Of a DNA stretch of 64,000 nucleotides, positions 61,808 through 64,000 are shown one piece after another (position 1 is the first letter of the stretch; every line of letters begins with the position of its first letter). Under the pieces are notes generated by a model. The model was given only the letters and a program-made list of their open reading frames with translations, made no database searches and was not told the DNA's origin. Origin of the DNA: Alphaproteobacteria bacterium (GTDB taxonomy: Bacteria > Pseudomonadota > Alphaproteobacteria > MPNO01); contig OZ219866.1 in assembly GCA_964291675.2 (NCBI GenBank), positions 1,248,001 to 1,312,000 of the forward strand. The letters are read 5' to 3'. The position numbers and the translations under genes were made by a program.

Positions 61808-62608
61808 TTAAGGTGTCTGGCGCCGCAGCCAGTCGACGATCGTGCGCATCGCCTTGTCGGCTTCCTCGATCAGGAAAAAGTGGCTGCTACGCTCGAAGAC
61901 GACGGTCTCGGCGTCGGGCATCCGTTCCTGCATCCAGCGCGTCGCGGTCATCGAGCAGACCGGGTCCAGCGCGCCGGCCATGATCAGCGTGGGACAGGCG
62001 ATCTCGCCCAGGCGGTCCAGCGTGTCGTGCGCGATGCAGGCCTTGTTGAGGTTGACGTATGAGATCTTGCTGCGCGCCTCGTCGCCGATGATCGCCGTCA
62101 TCTGGGCGACCGCCTCGGGGTTGTCGTTGTAGAACCCGGGTGCGAAGAACAACCATGCGCCGTGCCGCGCCCAGTCGGCCCAGTTGTCGCGCCATTCCAG
62201 GATCTCGCGCATATTGGTCAGGACGCGCGCGCCAAGCGGGTCGAGCCTGGCGAACGAGGCGGCCATCGCGATGGACTGCACCTTGTGCGGCGCGAGCAGG
62301 GCCATGTGCTGGGCGATCGACCCGCCCATCGACCGCCCGACCACGTGAGCGCGCTCGATGCCGAGCCCGTCCATCAGCGACAGCGTCGCCCGCGCCAGCT
62401 CCTCGGTGGTCGCCGGCGCGTCCACGTCGCTGCTCTCGCCCGAGCCCGGATTGTCGAACGCGACGACCCGGTAGTCGACTTTGAGCGCGGCGATCTGCGG
62501 CATCCATGCCCTGTGGTCCCCGGCGAGACCGTGGATCAGCACGACCGGGAAGCCTGTCCCCTCTTCGACGTAGTGCAGCTTGAAACGGCCGGTGTCCAGC
62601 GACGGCAT
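61808..62608 (-). CDS. Alpha/beta hydrolase (RutD/PcaD-like)
   Basis: LIHGLAG, G.SMGG nucleophile elbow, G..D, SSH. Confidence 0.85.
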   Translation of the reverse strand: MPSLDTGRFKLHYVEEGTGFPVVLIHGLAGDHRAWMPQIAALKVDYRVVAFDNPGSGESSDVDAPATTEELARATLSLMDGLGIERAHVVGRSMGGSIAQHMALLAPHKVQSIAMAASFARLDPLGARVLTNMREILEWRDNWADWARHGAWLFFAPGFYNDNPEAVAQMTAIIGDEARSKISYVNLNKACIAHDTLDRLGEIACPTLIMAGALDPVCSMTATRWMQERMPDAETVVFERSSHFFLIEEADKAMRTIVDWLRRQTP

Positions 62609-62634
62609 TTCCACCTCCTCCCCGGAGCGGCGAC

Positions 62635-63363
62635 TCAGTCGTTGAGCGCGCGCCCTTCCTCGAGCTTCTGCTTGAATTCCTCGTTGGTCAGCACCCAGCC
62701 CAGGCAGCGCGAGACCTGCTGCAACCCGAAGACATGCAGGTCGTCGCCGTACATGCTGGCCACGCAGTCCGAAAGCACGATCGTGCGGTAGTTGTTGTTG
62801 AAGGCGGTGAACGCGGTGTTGAGGATGCAGGTATTGGTGTTGATGCCCATCAGGCAGATCGTCTTGGCGCCGACATTGCGCAGCAGCAGTTCGAGGTCCG
62901 TGCCCATGAAGCAGTCGAGCCGCTTCTTGTTGTTGATGACGTAATCGCCCTCCGCGTAGAGCTCGGGGATGATCTGCGTCTGCGGCGTCCCTTCGATGTT
63001 GTGGTCGTTGACCGTGCTCTTGCGGCCCGGGGTGAGGCGGTTCTCCGCCTCGGTGATCTCGGTCATGCAGACCCAGAACGGCTGGGTCATCCATTCGCTG
63101 CCGAGGCCCGGGATCTTGCGCAGGATGAGGATGACGTGGATCACTGGAACGCCTTGGCTCCGCGCGTGATCGAGGAGGTCCTTTCCGCTGGCGATAACCC
63201 GCGCGCAGTCCTCGCGGCTCGCCGGCAGCGTCGCGATCTCGGGATCGAGATGGCCGCGATGCATGTCAATGGCGACGATCGCGGTCTCGCGCGGCCGGAG
63301 TTCCAGCATGTCCATCATCTTGCTGGTCATGTTGGAGCGATCGACGATTTCCACCGTGGTCAT
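62635..63363 (-). CDS. Isochorismatase-family cysteine hydrolase
   Basis: IDM, K.R..CF.GT.L..LLR, G..TN.CI, LSDC.AS. Confidence 0.87.
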   Translation of the reverse strand: MTTVEIVDRSNMTSKMMDMLELRPRETAIVAIDMHRGHLDPEIATLPASREDCARVIASGKDLLDHARSQGVPVIHVILILRKIPGLGSEWMTQPFWVCMTEITEAENRLTPGRKSTVNDHNIEGTPQTQIIPELYAEGDYVINNKKRLDCFMGTDLELLLRNVGAKTICLMGINTNTCILNTAFTAFNNNYRTIVLSDCVASMYGDDLHVFGLQQVSRCLGWVLTNEEFKQKLEEGRALND

Positions 63364-63541
63364 GGCTGGCTTCCCTCTCTCGTTGCGCCGTCGGCATCTC
63401 GACGTCGAAACCGCGGCCTCGCGGGCGGGCCGAAGCGCGGGATACGCCGGTTCGACGGCTCGCGGGACCGCGCCTTGACCGGCACGATTCCCGGCCTTTA
63501 GCATAGCCCGCCAGACAACGAAATAAACAGGGGAGGAGAGG

Positions 63542-64000
63542 GTGATACACAAGAGGAGCCCGGCAATTGCGCTGGGCGCAATCTTCGCCGCATCGATCCT
63601 GGCGCTCTCGGCGCCCGCGGGCGCGAAGAGCATGGTCGAGCAATGGCTGGATGGCGAGCTGGCCCAGGCCGGCCCGAAGCTGACCTACCAGGGCAAGCCG
63701 ATCACCATCCGCATATCCACGTTTCTCGGCGCCGGCAATCCGCTGACCAGCGTCTGGGCGCGGGCGGTCAAGCGCCTGAATGCGGAGGCCGGCGGCAAGA
63801 TCCGGGTCAAGATCTTTTATGGCAACTCGCTGGCCGACGCCCAGCGCGGCGCGTTCGAGGCCGTCTCCTCCGGTGTGGCGGACGTCTCGAGCTGCTATTC
63901 GTTCATCAACCCGGGGTTCTTCGACCTGCAGCTCGGCTTGCGGCTCCCCTTCCTGTTCGAGAGCACGACCGTCGGATCGCACGCGATCCTTCAGATCTAC
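63542..64000 (+). CDS. TRAP transporter substrate-binding protein DctP (partial)
   Basis: GGAGG-GTG, signal peptide, GGKI.VKIF....L......EAV.SG.AD......LPFLF. Confidence 0.75.
   Translation, partial: MIHKRSPAIALGAIFAASILALSAPAGAKSMVEQWLDGELAQAGPKLTYQGKPITIRISTFLGAGNPLTSVWARAVKRLNAEAGGKIRVKIFYGNSLADAQRGAFEAVSSGVADVSSCYSFINPGFFDLQLGLRLPFLFESTTVGSHAILQIY

Overview
Chromosomal window from a high-GC alphaproteobacterium (Rhodospirillales-like gene content, alphaproteobacterial palindromic repeats). Housekeeping genes (gor, class II DAHP synthase, nadE, cysS, cimA, trmJ, NAD-linked formate dehydrogenase, dnaK-dnaJ, tRNA-Arg(ACG), panBC, rlmI, gluQ) alternate with catabolic and redox cassettes and small lower-GC islets. 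Main observations: (1) two divergent genes that the ORF track splits at in-frame TGA codons look like selenoproteins, a DsbA/FrnE protein (UxxC) and an AhpD-like protein (CxxU). Both TGAs are followed by a hairpin with the same apical loop, C-CGUGC-G, a candidate lineage SECIS. (2) A lower-GC XRE + ImmA/IrrE + 43-aa basic peptide islet with a structured spacer sits between them. (3) An aniline-dioxygenase-like operon (TdnQ/AtdA1-type GS-like protein + Rieske alpha/beta) has an SDR and the seleno-DsbA upstream but no amidotransferase or reductase. (4) A 96-bp direct repeat of the 3' end of a DUF3553 gene brackets a decayed PIN cassette next to higBA. (5) A 6 x 34-bp hairpin array and a REP-like cluster are present. 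(6) CysS carries a ~30-aa insertion. All calls come from manual reading and motif recall; no searches were run.
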